Source: Candidatus Binatia bacterium
GTDB lineage: Bacteria > Desulfobacterota > Binatia > UBA9968
Reading direction: 5' to 3'
NCBI GenBank assembly: GCA_036004365.1
Contig: DASYRN010000195.1
Span: 4,583-68,582 of the forward strand
DNA: 64,000 nt
The stretch's first letter is position 1. Each line of letters opens with the position of its first letter. The notes beneath the pieces were generated by a model. The model was not told where the DNA came from. It saw only the letters and a list, made by a program, of their open reading frames with translations, and searched no databases. A program made the position numbers and the translations under genes. This document shows, in pieces, positions 27,997 to 36,592 of the stretch.

Positions 27997-29229
27997 GTGC
28001 TTATGAGTCATGAAAGACTGCTGCCCGAAGACGATTATCTGATCACGCGGGCCGATGAATATCTCTGGTCGGAGTCCGAAAGGCTCGGTCTATCCCGGCG
28101 TAGCTTCCTCAAATTATTGGCCGCAGGCGGCTTAGCCGGCGCGATGCTGCCGCGCTCCGCACGCGGGGCGACCGTACAACCCGTCCTGAAGCCCACGCCT
28201 CCCGAGCTTTTCAACGATTTCGGCAGCAACAAGGAGATGCGCTGGGAGGCGATGTATGGGAGGGGCTATCTCGTTCCGAATGAATTGTTTTTCGTACGCA
28301 ATCACACCCGCACGCCGACCATTGACGTGAGCAACTGGCGTCTTAAGATCGAGGGCTCCGGAGTCAACCGTAGTCTGGAACTTACCTATGATGATCTTCT
28401 TGCCATGCCCGCCGTCTCATTCGTCCGCTACGTCGAATGTGCGGGTAATGGCCGAAGTTTCTTCGAGACGGCGCACGGCAAAAAGGCGCAAGGGACGCAG
28501 TGGAAGCTCGGCGCCATTGGGGTGGCGGAGTGGACCGGCGTTCCTTTGAGAGAGCTATTGGAGCGCGCAGGCGTCAAGAAAACGGCGCGCGACGTGATGC
28601 CCGAGGGTCTGGACGATCTCAAGGTGAGGCGTCCCATATCGCTCGGCAAGGCTATGGAAGAAGACACGTTGCTCGTTTACGCGATGAACGGCCAGCCTCT
28701 GCCGGCTGACCACGGTTATCCGGCGCGTGTGCTCATTCCCGGCTGGATCGGCGTCGCAAATATCAAGTGGGTAGGGCGCATCCAGGTGTCGGAAGAACCG
28801 CTTTTCTCACAGTGGAATACCGAAACCTACGTGCTGATCGGCTCGGACTACAAACCCAGCCCGCCGGCCAAAGGTCCGATTCTCTCGCTTCAGTCGGTGA
28901 AGAGCGCATTGGAACTTCCCTGGGGCGGCGAAATCGGCGCCGGCCGCAGATTGCTTCGCGGCCGCGCCTGGTCGGCGCAGGGAAAGATCGAGAGGGTAGA
29001 ATACAGCCTCGATCAGGGAAAGAACTGGCAAAGGGCAAGGCTCAGGGAGCCAAATATTGCTAAGGCGTGGGTTCGCTGGGACGCCGATTGGAACGTAGGG
29101 CCCGGAAAACAGCTGATCCGGCTCCGCGCTACCGATGAGCGGGGTAACACTCAGCCGGAGCATGTGGTTTTTAACGAGCAGGGATACCTGTACAATGCAT
29201 CGGTGGATCATCCGATCACGGTGAAGTGA
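27997..29229 (+). CDS. sulfite dehydrogenase / sulfite-oxidase-family molybdoenzyme (SorA-like), Tat-exported
   Basis: Tat motif SRRSFLKLLAAGGLAGAMLP. Moco-binding domain (…FFVRNHTRTP…, YVECAGNGRSFF with the conserved Cys ligand) plus a C-terminal dimerisation domain. Confidence 0.75.
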   Translation: MLMSHERLLPEDDYLITRADEYLWSESERLGLSRRSFLKLLAAGGLAGAMLPRSARGATVQPVLKPTPPELFNDFGSNKEMRWEAMYGRGYLVPNELFFVRNHTRTPTIDVSNWRLKIEGSGVNRSLELTYDDLLAMPAVSFVRYVECAGNGRSFFETAHGKKAQGTQWKLGAIGVAEWTGVPLRELLERAGVKKTARDVMPEGLDDLKVRRPISLGKAMEEDTLLVYAMNGQPLPADHGYPARVLIPGWIGVANIKWVGRIQVSEEPLFSQWNTETYVLIGSDYKPSPPAKGPILSLQSVKSALELPWGGEIGAGRRLLRGRAWSAQGKIERVEYSLDQGKNWQRARLREPNIAKAWVRWDADWNVGPGKQLIRLRATDERGNTQPEHVVFNEQGYLYNASVDHPITVK

Positions 29230-29394
29230 GAGATCCAACTAAAGGGCAACGGTGCCGGTGAATTAAGATTTCTTGGATTGTTGGGCGAAGCGGGCTGGGT
29301 TTCAATTTCTTCAGAAGGCCTGGGTCGTTATGACTCTGTTGTTGTGATGTTGCCTGGCGACAAAAGTCGAAAGGCTGTAAACTAATGAGAATTT

Positions 29395-30405
29395 GTGACG
29401 AGGGAACGGATGCTGAACCGATTGGACGATTTCGTTGAAGAGCGCCGCATCTCCCAACACTATCGGAACGACAAGAGAGGACACAGCCTGCGATTGAAAA
29501 GGAGGGAACTAAGTCCGCCGCGTCGTATGACGGGAAGGGAGCGGCGCTGGCTCGATCCAAACAAAGGGTTTCTCAAATTGCTCGAGCGCCGCATAGACCT
29601 GGTCATGTCGCGCTTTGTCTATCCTCATCTCTTTGGCCTTTGGAATCCCTACAGCTGGCTGCTTGTTAGACGCTTTTCCCTGGCAGAGATCTCAGTCTCA
29701 CCTACAGGCTGGCCGGGCGGTGTACCTCCGCTCAAGGTTCTTCTGATCTCGGACATACATACCGGCACCTTTCTCAAGCCTGAAGTTTTATCGGAGATCA
29801 TAGACTGCTTGATGGAGCTAGAACCCGACCTTGTGGCGGTTGCGGGTGACATCGTGACGGGCCAGCCGAGTGATCTCGACGGTTTTCTATCTCTCTTGGC
29901 TCCGCTTTCGCACGCTTCCCTGGGTGCTTGGTACTGCTACGGGAACCATGACTACTTTGGCGGCGATCCTGAAGATATCCGCAAGGCTCTTAGCTCGATA
30001 GGAATCTCCACGCTCAAAAACGAGTCCGTGAGCTTGGCACATGGTAACGGCAACTTTGTTCTGGGCGGAATCGACGACCGGATTCTTGGCGAACCGGATT
30101 GGGATCGTTTGCTCTCGAAGCACGGTCCCCCTCATCTCCTTCTCGCCCATAACCCGGATTTCTTTTACGAGGCAGAGGCGCGCGGCGTGCCGCTTACACT
30201 CTCAGGTCACACTCACGGCGGCCAAATCCGCCTTACGAATGGGCCGCCCATTATCCGCCAAAGCCGGTTTTGTCTCGACGAGGGAGCTTATGCGTTCTGC
30301 TCTTCGCTCCTCATCGTGTCGCGCGGGTTGGGGAGTGTGGGTCTGCCCTTCCGCTACGGAGCGGACCCTGAGGCAATCCTGATCGAGATCCTTCCGCCGA
30401 GATGA
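29395..30405 (+). CDS. metallophosphoesterase (calcineurin-like phosphoesterase)
   Basis: VLLISDIHTG ... AGDIVTG ... GNHDYF ... SGHTHGGQ, the canonical MPE metal-ligand motifs. Confidence 0.7.
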   Translation: MTRERMLNRLDDFVEERRISQHYRNDKRGHSLRLKRRELSPPRRMTGRERRWLDPNKGFLKLLERRIDLVMSRFVYPHLFGLWNPYSWLLVRRFSLAEISVSPTGWPGGVPPLKVLLISDIHTGTFLKPEVLSEIIDCLMELEPDLVAVAGDIVTGQPSDLDGFLSLLAPLSHASLGAWYCYGNHDYFGGDPEDIRKALSSIGISTLKNESVSLAHGNGNFVLGGIDDRILGEPDWDRLLSKHGPPHLLLAHNPDFFYEAEARGVPLTLSGHTHGGQIRLTNGPPIIRQSRFCLDEGAYAFCSSLLIVSRGLGSVGLPFRYGADPEAILIEILPPR

Positions 30406-30424
30406 TCATGGCTGAACTGCGCGC

Positions 30425-31519
30425 TTAGTTCAGCTTCAAACCGACGACTTTAGCGGGATTAAGCGTGCAAACGGTATAAAGTTCCTCCTGGGTGAGGCCG
30501 AACGCCTCCATATAGCCCCGGACCAATCGCATCGCCTCAACGGAATCAGGAAACAAAGGCTCGCCTGCGTCGCTCGACAACGTGAAATGTTCGGGCCCGA
30601 TTTTACGGATCGCGTCGTACATGAGCTGCGGGTCGACGCCGAGGAGCGGAGAGAGTTCATCATAGGTGAAGTTAAAGAGGATGCCGATCTTGGAAAGCTC
30701 TTTCATTTGGTCCACCGAAAGGTCGATGAAGGGACTAAAGGGGTGATCGATCACGGCGCGCTTAAGCCCTACTCTGGCTATTTCCTCGGCGAGCTTGTAG
30801 ATCTCCTCGTGGGTCGCGTGGCCGAAAAAGAGAGCCGCGCCTTTATCCGCGCAGATGCGGACGATCTCGCGCACCTCTTTTGTAAGCTCGCCATTTTCAT
30901 CAAGGTTGTAGTGTCCGATTCTAAGCGCTCTTTCCCAAGGCAGTGGTCCGACCCAGCCAGATGCGTTGCCGTCTTCGGCGAATCGGCGATAGGTTCCCAC
31001 GGTCTTTAACGTGTTGGCATGCGTGAAGACGGGAAGCCAGACAGCTATGACGCCCGACTCAATCACCTCGTGCACCACCTTGGCCGAGACCGGTGCCATT
31101 TGTCTGCCACAGACGTATCCGGCCCAACAGATGACAGGATCGAGTCGCTCCTGGTCGGCCCAGCGATTTACCTCCTCCTGTACCGTGCGGACTGACTCAG
31201 CGGGATCGTCGCCGAAGATGCTTTTGAACAGCAGACCTTTCATCTCTGCCTGTGAGGCTCGCTTGGCAAGGTCTAAGGGGTTCTGCTGGCCCTCATGCGC
31301 GTGGCAGTGGATGTCGATCGCATCCTTCACTTTGATGTGCGGCGGGCGGATCTCTCCCGGACGATACTGCGTGCGCGCCGCATAAGAGGTGACGCAGCGC
31401 TCTCGGGTGGGTGTGGAGACGATGTTTTCGCGCATATTTGTCCTCCTGCAAGCCTCAAGCGGCTCGCCAAGCGGGATGGAGATCATATGATGGTGCACCA
31501 AAAGCGTTGACTTTGTCAA
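30425..31519 (-). CDS. hypothetical TIM-barrel metal-dependent hydrolase-like protein
   Basis: 364 aa. DAIDIHCHAHEG (HxH metal motif) near the N-terminus and later His/Asp residues suggest the amidohydrolase/PHP superfamily. Family not resolved. Confidence 0.35.
   Translation of the reverse strand: MTKSTLLVHHHMISIPLGEPLEACRRTNMRENIVSTPTRERCVTSYAARTQYRPGEIRPPHIKVKDAIDIHCHAHEGQQNPLDLAKRASQAEMKGLLFKSIFGDDPAESVRTVQEEVNRWADQERLDPVICWAGYVCGRQMAPVSAKVVHEVIESGVIAVWLPVFTHANTLKTVGTYRRFAEDGNASGWVGPLPWERALRIGHYNLDENGELTKEVREIVRICADKGAALFFGHATHEEIYKLAEEIARVGLKRAVIDHPFSPFIDLSVDQMKELSKIGILFNFTYDELSPLLGVDPQLMYDAIRKIGPEHFTLSSDAGEPLFPDSVEAMRLVRGYMEAFGLTQEELYTVCTLNPAKVVGLKLN
31507..31519. promoter_or_regulatory. 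perfect palindrome TTGAC-TTT-GTCAA in the divergent intergenic region
   Basis: Seen directly, between the start of the minus-strand gene 30425..31519 and the phosphoribosyltransferase gene at 31606. Confidence 0.3.
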
Positions 31520-31605
31520 AGCTATTTCTTCTGTTTTTGCCGTTGCCTCGTGGGGATCGTCGTGGCATGGTGCCTTTTAAGCTCGGGCACAGCAGTTGCT
31601 AAATT

Positions 31606-32283
31606 TTGTTTATGCGTTTTCGCGATCGGACTGAAGCGGGTCAGGCTTTGGCTGCGAAGCTCATGTTCTACGAGGGGCGCGCCGATACGCTCGTGCTCGG
31701 TCTCCCGCGAGGTGGGGTGCCGGTAGCTTTCGAGGTGGCTGCTGCGTTGCATGTGCCGTTGGATGTTTTCGTCGTTCGCAAGCTCGGTGTTCCTGGGCAG
31801 GAAGAGCTCGCGATGGGAGCCACGGCTAGCGGAAGGGTGCGAGTGCTCAACGAAGAAGTCATCAAGGAGCTTGAGATTACCGACCGAGCCATCGAAGGTG
31901 TGGCGGCCAGGGAAGAGCAGGAACTGGAGCGCCGCGAGCGGCTCTACCGCGGGGAGCGCGCACCCTTGGATGTCAAAGGAAAAACGGTCATCCTGGTCGA
32001 TGACGGGCTTGCCACAGGTTCAACCATGCGTGCAGCCGTATTAGCCCTCAAGCGACAAGCACCGGCCCGCATTGTAGCGGCTGCTCCTGTCGCCGCGCCT
32101 TCCACCTGCGAAGAGCTCAGGGAGGAGGTGGATGAGGTCATCTGCGCGGCGACGCCTGAGCCCTTTTACTCCGTAGGGCAATGGTACGAGGATTTTTCTC
32201 AAACGAGTGACCGTGAGATCCAGGACCTTCTCAGCCGCGCAGCCAAGAGCGGGAGACAGGCTGGCGCACGCACCGAGGTCTAA
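31606..32283 (+). CDS. phosphoribosyltransferase-domain protein
   Basis: PRPP-binding motif [18 protein letters not shown], 225 aa. Confidence 0.65.
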   Translation: MFMRFRDRTEAGQALAAKLMFYEGRADTLVLGLPRGGVPVAFEVAAALHVPLDVFVVRKLGVPGQEELAMGATASGRVRVLNEEVIKELEITDRAIEGVAAREEQELERRERLYRGERAPLDVKGKTVILVDDGLATGSTMRAAVLALKRQAPARIVAAAPVAAPSTCEELREEVDEVICAATPEPFYSVGQWYEDFSQTSDREIQDLLSRAAKSGRQAGARTEV

Positions 32284-32315
32284 TTCCATTCCGACTCTGG
32301 TTAAACTCTGTCGTT

Positions 32316-32357
32316 TGATTTTGACTATTGCCCCCCGGGAATGATTGAAGCTATAGT
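32316..32357 (+). promoter_or_regulatory. promoter/operator element, copy 2 of the GGGAATGATTGArGCTATA family
   Basis: TTTTGACTATTGCCCCCCGGGAATGATTGAAGCTATAGT, with -10 TATAGT at 32352-57, 40 nt upstream of the LLM oxidoreductase ATG. Confidence 0.45.
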
Positions 32358-32396
32358 TTTGAAACGTCACTCCCTACTTCCCATGCGAGGTTAACG

Positions 32397-33641
32397 ATGA
32401 AACCGGTGCAGCTCTTCTGCTGGCATTTCATGGCCTATCCTTACCTGCCTAAGGATTTTGACGAGAAATATGACTCGGGTTGGGTCACGGTTCCCAACAG
32501 CCTTTGGGATAACGAGAAGGCGAGAGGACTTTACCAGGAGTACATCGATCAGCTTGCCTATGCGGACGAGCTGGGCTTCGACGGCATGGTGCTCAACGAG
32601 CATCATCAAAACATCTACGGCTTGATGCCCTCGCCCAACTTGATCGCCGCGGCGCTGACGCAAAAAACGACGCGGGCAAAGATCGTCGTGCTTGGCAACC
32701 TTCTTCCATTGCATCTTAACCCGATGAGAATCGCCGAGGAGTACGCGATGATCGATCAGATGAGCAACGGCCGCTTGATCGCCGGCTTCGCGCCTGGTGG
32801 CGGCCCGGAAACCTTCAACTATGACGTGTCCTCCGCGACTTCGCGCGAGAAATTCTGGGAAGCTGTAGATCTCATCGCGCGCGCCTGGGCGGAAGACGGC
32901 CCATTCTGCCACGAAGGCCGCTACTATCCGCTGCGCTATGTGAATCCGTGGCCGAAACCGTTACAAAAGCCCTTTCCACCCATCTGGATACCCGGCTCGC
33001 GTAGCGCTTCGACGCTGGTTGAAGTTGCAAAGCGGGGTTTCTGCTATTTTCTTTCTTCTCGTAGCCACGGCGGTGAAACGCACAAGGCCCAGCAGCAGTT
33101 CGCACAGATTCTCGCGCAGCACGGCGATGCCTACGAGCCTTCTCGCTTCGGTATTCTGATGTCCGCCTACGTCTCCGAGACCGATCAACAGGCGCGGGAA
33201 GAGTGCGAGGAAGCGGTTTGGTATTTTTTGAAAAATTGTCTTAAAGGTCATTTGCGGCGAGAGGGGAGGCAGCTCACCTTCGGTCCAGGAGTTCCTTATA
33301 TCCCCACTCCTGCATGGAGAGAGTACCTCAAAAGCTCCTCGCCAGGCCGCAGGCTCTTGGGCGATGTCGAAAACTGGGAGGAACTCGATGCGTCCCAGTC
33401 GATCATCGTCGGGAGCGCAGACACAGTCATCCGGCGCATATGGAAGATCATCGAACAAGCGAAAGTGGGAAATTTACTAATCCAATTCCATATCGGCAAC
33501 CTGTCGCGTGAGCTTACGCGAAAGAGCATGGCTTTATTTGCCCGCAAGGTAGCGCCGGTTCTGCGGGGAGATTCGTTGAAGCTTTTCCAGAGAGAGTTTT
33601 CTACTCCGGGCGAAGCGCGGCGGACGGAGCCACTCCCTTGA
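32397..33641 (+). CDS. LLM-class (luciferase-like) flavin/F420-dependent oxidoreductase
   Basis: 414 aa. TIM-barrel LLM pattern (…GFDGMVLNEHHQN…, ...LIAGFAPGG...). Cannot tell FMN from F420 dependence by eye. An F420 operon lies in the same window. Confidence 0.65.
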   Translation: MKPVQLFCWHFMAYPYLPKDFDEKYDSGWVTVPNSLWDNEKARGLYQEYIDQLAYADELGFDGMVLNEHHQNIYGLMPSPNLIAAALTQKTTRAKIVVLGNLLPLHLNPMRIAEEYAMIDQMSNGRLIAGFAPGGGPETFNYDVSSATSREKFWEAVDLIARAWAEDGPFCHEGRYYPLRYVNPWPKPLQKPFPPIWIPGSRSASTLVEVAKRGFCYFLSSRSHGGETHKAQQQFAQILAQHGDAYEPSRFGILMSAYVSETDQQAREECEEAVWYFLKNCLKGHLRREGRQLTFGPGVPYIPTPAWREYLKSSSPGRRLLGDVENWEELDASQSIIVGSADTVIRRIWKIIEQAKVGNLLIQFHIGNLSRELTRKSMALFARKVAPVLRGDSLKLFQREFSTPGEARRTEPLP

Positions 33642-34450
33642 GCGGACGGTTTCTTGACGTCAGCCACCGGAAAGTCTGGATCCTCGAGAAAGGGAGCGGC
33701 CCTCCGCTCCTCTACCTGCATGGGTTCGCCGACGTCCACAGCGTGAAAGAGGGCTGGCTTCCATTTCATGAGCATCTCTCGCAGCGGACGCATGTGATCG
33801 CGCCCGCCCACCCGGGCTGCGCGCTGACCGAAGAGAATGCAGATGTGGAAGCGATCGAGGATGTCGTGTTTCACTATCTCGAAGTCATCGACGCCCTCGG
33901 GCTGAAGGAGTTCGGTCTTGTCGGGGCCTGTGTGGGCGGTTGGATTTCAGCGGAGATCGCCGTGCGCCATCCGGAAAAAATTCGCAAGCTTGTTTTAATC
34001 GGAGCCGCGGGTCTCTTTGTGGAAGGGGCTCCGATAGGAGATGTTTTCATGATGGCACAACCGGAGCGGGGAGTAGGTAACGCCGGGTTACGAAGCCAGT
34101 TTTTTTCCCGGCCGGATCATCCGAAGGCTTTGGAATTTTTTCCCGATGGCCGTGGCGATCTGGAGGACGAGATCCGAAGGTATCAGATGCTGAGATTTTC
34201 GTCGCGCATAGGCTTTCGGCCTCCCTACTTTTATAACCGCGCGCTCAAGGGACGCCTACACCGCATCTCGTCACCCGCCTTGATTTTGTGGGGAGCAGAG
34301 GATCACATGGTTCCGCTCGCTCATGGAGAGAGCTATGCCAGTTCCATCCCAGGGGCGGGGCTTAAGGCTATCGAACAGGCCGGGCATAGCCTCCATGTCG
34401 AATTGCCGGGTCTTACCGGCCCGATCGTTTCGGATTTTGTTTCCAACTAA
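33638..34450 (+). CDS. alpha/beta-fold hydrolase
   Basis: 4-nt overlap with the LLM gene. HGFADVHS...GACVGGW (GxSxG-like nucleophile elbow with Cys/Ser variant) ...GAEDHMVP...GHSLH. Confidence 0.6.
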   Translation: MSGRFLDVSHRKVWILEKGSGPPLLYLHGFADVHSVKEGWLPFHEHLSQRTHVIAPAHPGCALTEENADVEAIEDVVFHYLEVIDALGLKEFGLVGACVGGWISAEIAVRHPEKIRKLVLIGAAGLFVEGAPIGDVFMMAQPERGVGNAGLRSQFFSRPDHPKALEFFPDGRGDLEDEIRRYQMLRFSSRIGFRPPYFYNRALKGRLHRISSPALILWGAEDHMVPLAHGESYASSIPGAGLKAIEQAGHSLHVELPGLTGPIVSDFVSN

Positions 34451-34717
34451 CCGCTTAATCGCCCAGAAGAATCACCGCCTCCGATCCGATCCTCCGGCCA
34501 CAAAAGTCTTGCCATTATCCAAAACTATTCGTTTTGTCTCCTTTAACATGCATTGGGATATGGCATTGGAGGAATATTCATACAGACCCCTTGCCTTCCC
34601 CTCCTTGGATGGCAACAATCCTACGGTTTTTACAAGGTAATTCGAGCCTATGTTCTGGCACGGCCTTTGAATCATGAGTTAATTGAAGATTCTAATGCGA
34701 GAAAGGGGGCGATCAGA

Positions 34718-35404
34718 GTGAATCGGTTAAGCCGGTTTCAATCGATATGTTTCTTGGCGGTGGGCTTAGGTTTTACGTTTTTTATCGGTTGCGTGCCTCC
34801 CAGAGCAGCTACCTTAAATGAGGCCAGATTGGGTCAAGGCCAGGTAGTCGTTGATGCGACTTTACGGCCTGGTGAAATTCGGGCCGAGGTATTGCAGGTT
34901 GAGCCGAGCAGACGCGAAATCCTGGTGCAGAGAGACGACGGCCGCAAGGAGACGCTTACATACGATAACGTCTCAACCAAGGTGATTTATCACGGGCGGG
35001 AATATTCTGTAGAAAATCTGGAGGCGGGCGATGTCATAGCCTTTCAGACCCGTCCACGAACGAGCAATCATGTCGACACGATACGCGTTCAAGAACCCGT
35101 TCAAGCCCGTGCGGGTTCGTCTATCGCTCGGGGTTCCCCGCAGTCTCCGCCACCGCGAGCCGAGGTCATCGAGGGAACAGTCGAGAGAATCGATTACGAT
35201 CGGGGCGTATTTGATCTGAGACCTCGGGTTGGACGAACGGTTACTGTAGCGCTGCGTTATAATGCCCGGACCGCTGATGTCGAAACCTTCCGGCGCCTTC
35301 GCAGGGGCGATTATGTGAGATTGGAAGGGGAATTTCTCAATCCCGACAGTTTTCAATTGTTAGCTTTTTTGCCGGATTTCGATCGCTCTCAAGGTCGGCG
35401 GTAA
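34718..35404 (+). CDS. hypothetical lipoprotein
   Basis: GTG start after GAAAGGGGG. Signal plus lipobox ...AVGLGFTFFIGC. No known domain. Confidence 0.4.
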   Translation: MNRLSRFQSICFLAVGLGFTFFIGCVPPRAATLNEARLGQGQVVVDATLRPGEIRAEVLQVEPSRREILVQRDDGRKETLTYDNVSTKVIYHGREYSVENLEAGDVIAFQTRPRTSNHVDTIRVQEPVQARAGSSIARGSPQSPPPRAEVIEGTVERIDYDRGVFDLRPRVGRTVTVALRYNARTADVETFRRLRRGDYVRLEGEFLNPDSFQLLAFLPDFDRSQGRR

Positions 35405-35533
35405 GGGGACATCTCTGTTTGGGTTGGCAGTGTAGTAAAGACCAATTGGTTTAAGGTTTCACAGAGGTGCCGGATGAAAGCGGCATCTCGGGACCTGGCT
35501 TTGCCCTTTAGCGAGGTGGGGCCAGGAGAAGAG

Positions 35534-35568
35534 GGCCTGAGTCATTTTTGACTCGGGCCTTTTTTTTA
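35534..35568 (+). terminator. rho-independent terminator
   Basis: GGCCTGAGTCA-TTTTT-TGACTCGGGCC hairpin followed by a T8 run. Confidence 0.6.
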
Positions 35569-35675
35569 TCTTCGCCGGATCCTTGAAGCCGGCATCATTC
35601 TAACCCGACCGTCCTTAGCAAAGCTGGCGGTTACTGAAGAGAGGAGAGGCACGGGTCGACAGAGGGACTTTAGAT

Positions 35676-36265
35676 TTGAATCTTAAATCCGAGGTCAGGA
35701 AAAACAGATTGGACGGCAAAGGGAGGATGGTGATCACGCAGCTGGAATTCGCGCCGTCCCGGAGCTATCTGGACACCTTCATGGGACTTCCCCGAAGCGC
35801 GGTGATCAATTTTCTCCAAGATCATCAAGATGCCATCGATATCCAATTTACCCTCACGGGCGACGTCAGCCACCCGAATTTTTCTCTTAACGAGACCCTC
35901 GCTACGCGGGTTGCAACGGCCATGGCGGGACAGCTGGGCGTAAGCATCCGGGGAGTTGCCGAGGGACTCGAGACCTTGGGGCGGAAAGGGCTGGAGGGGG
36001 CTAGCGGGGTCGCCGATGCGATCGGCTCTGCATTCAGGAGTCTACTCGGCGGAAGCGAAAAACAGTAGAGACAGGTCACAGCAGTCCGCTCGAATTTCAG
36101 GTCAAGGCTAAGATCGAAGAGGCGAAAAAGATCCGCCTGGGACTCCGCTACCTCCGCATCGAAACGCTCAAAGTCGGGAAGTCCGTGCTCACAGCAGAAC
36201 AGAGAGATCAACTAAAGAATTTAGTGGCGTCTGGCCGCCGCCGATTCCAAAAACCTCAGGGGACG
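35676..36265 (+). CDS. hypothetical protein with a C-terminal LTxxQ-like (CpxP/Spy-like) motif; frame broken at an A5 run
   Basis: ORF 35676..36068 stops at TAG. Adding one A to AAAAA 36058-36062 fuses it in frame to ...EFQVKAKIEEAKKIRLGLRYLRIETLKVGKSVLTAEQRDQLKNL..., which ends at TAA 36263-36265. Confidence 0.35.
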
Positions 36266-36526
36266 AGCTCTGATTAACATGAGGGTCTCGGAAACCCGAC
36301 CCGAGATACATCCACGCGATCACGACCAACCGAGCTGGGAACCGTTCTTCGTGAACATGCACGCCGCCGGTATCGGCATAACGCTCATGAAGCGTTCATA
36401 GATCGGACACTTCAACAGCGCATTGATGGCAATAAGACGTAATTTTTTGTCAAACTTGACCATTTTTTGCCAGAGATCCATATTTGCAACTGAGCGGAAG
36501 GCTTGGAATTTTCTTAAAACTCTCCC

Positions 36527-36541
36527 TGGCATAACAGTTGC
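36527..36541 (+). promoter_or_regulatory. sigma-54-type -24/-12 element TGGCAT-N5-TTGCT upstream of the histidine kinase
   Basis: CTGGCATAACAGTTGCT, with correct GG-N10-GC spacing, about 50 nt upstream of the ATG at 36593. Confidence 0.45.
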
Positions 36542-36592
36542 TCTCCAATTCCCGACAATTCTACCGGCGTAAATTTGACTAGTTACGATTGC

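Noticed and set aside
36320-36532. 70-aa minus-strand ORF in the AT-rich region upstream of the histidine kinase
   Set aside because: Overlaps the sigma-54-type promoter and lies in promoter-like AT-rich DNA. No RBS or domain signal. Likely non-coding.
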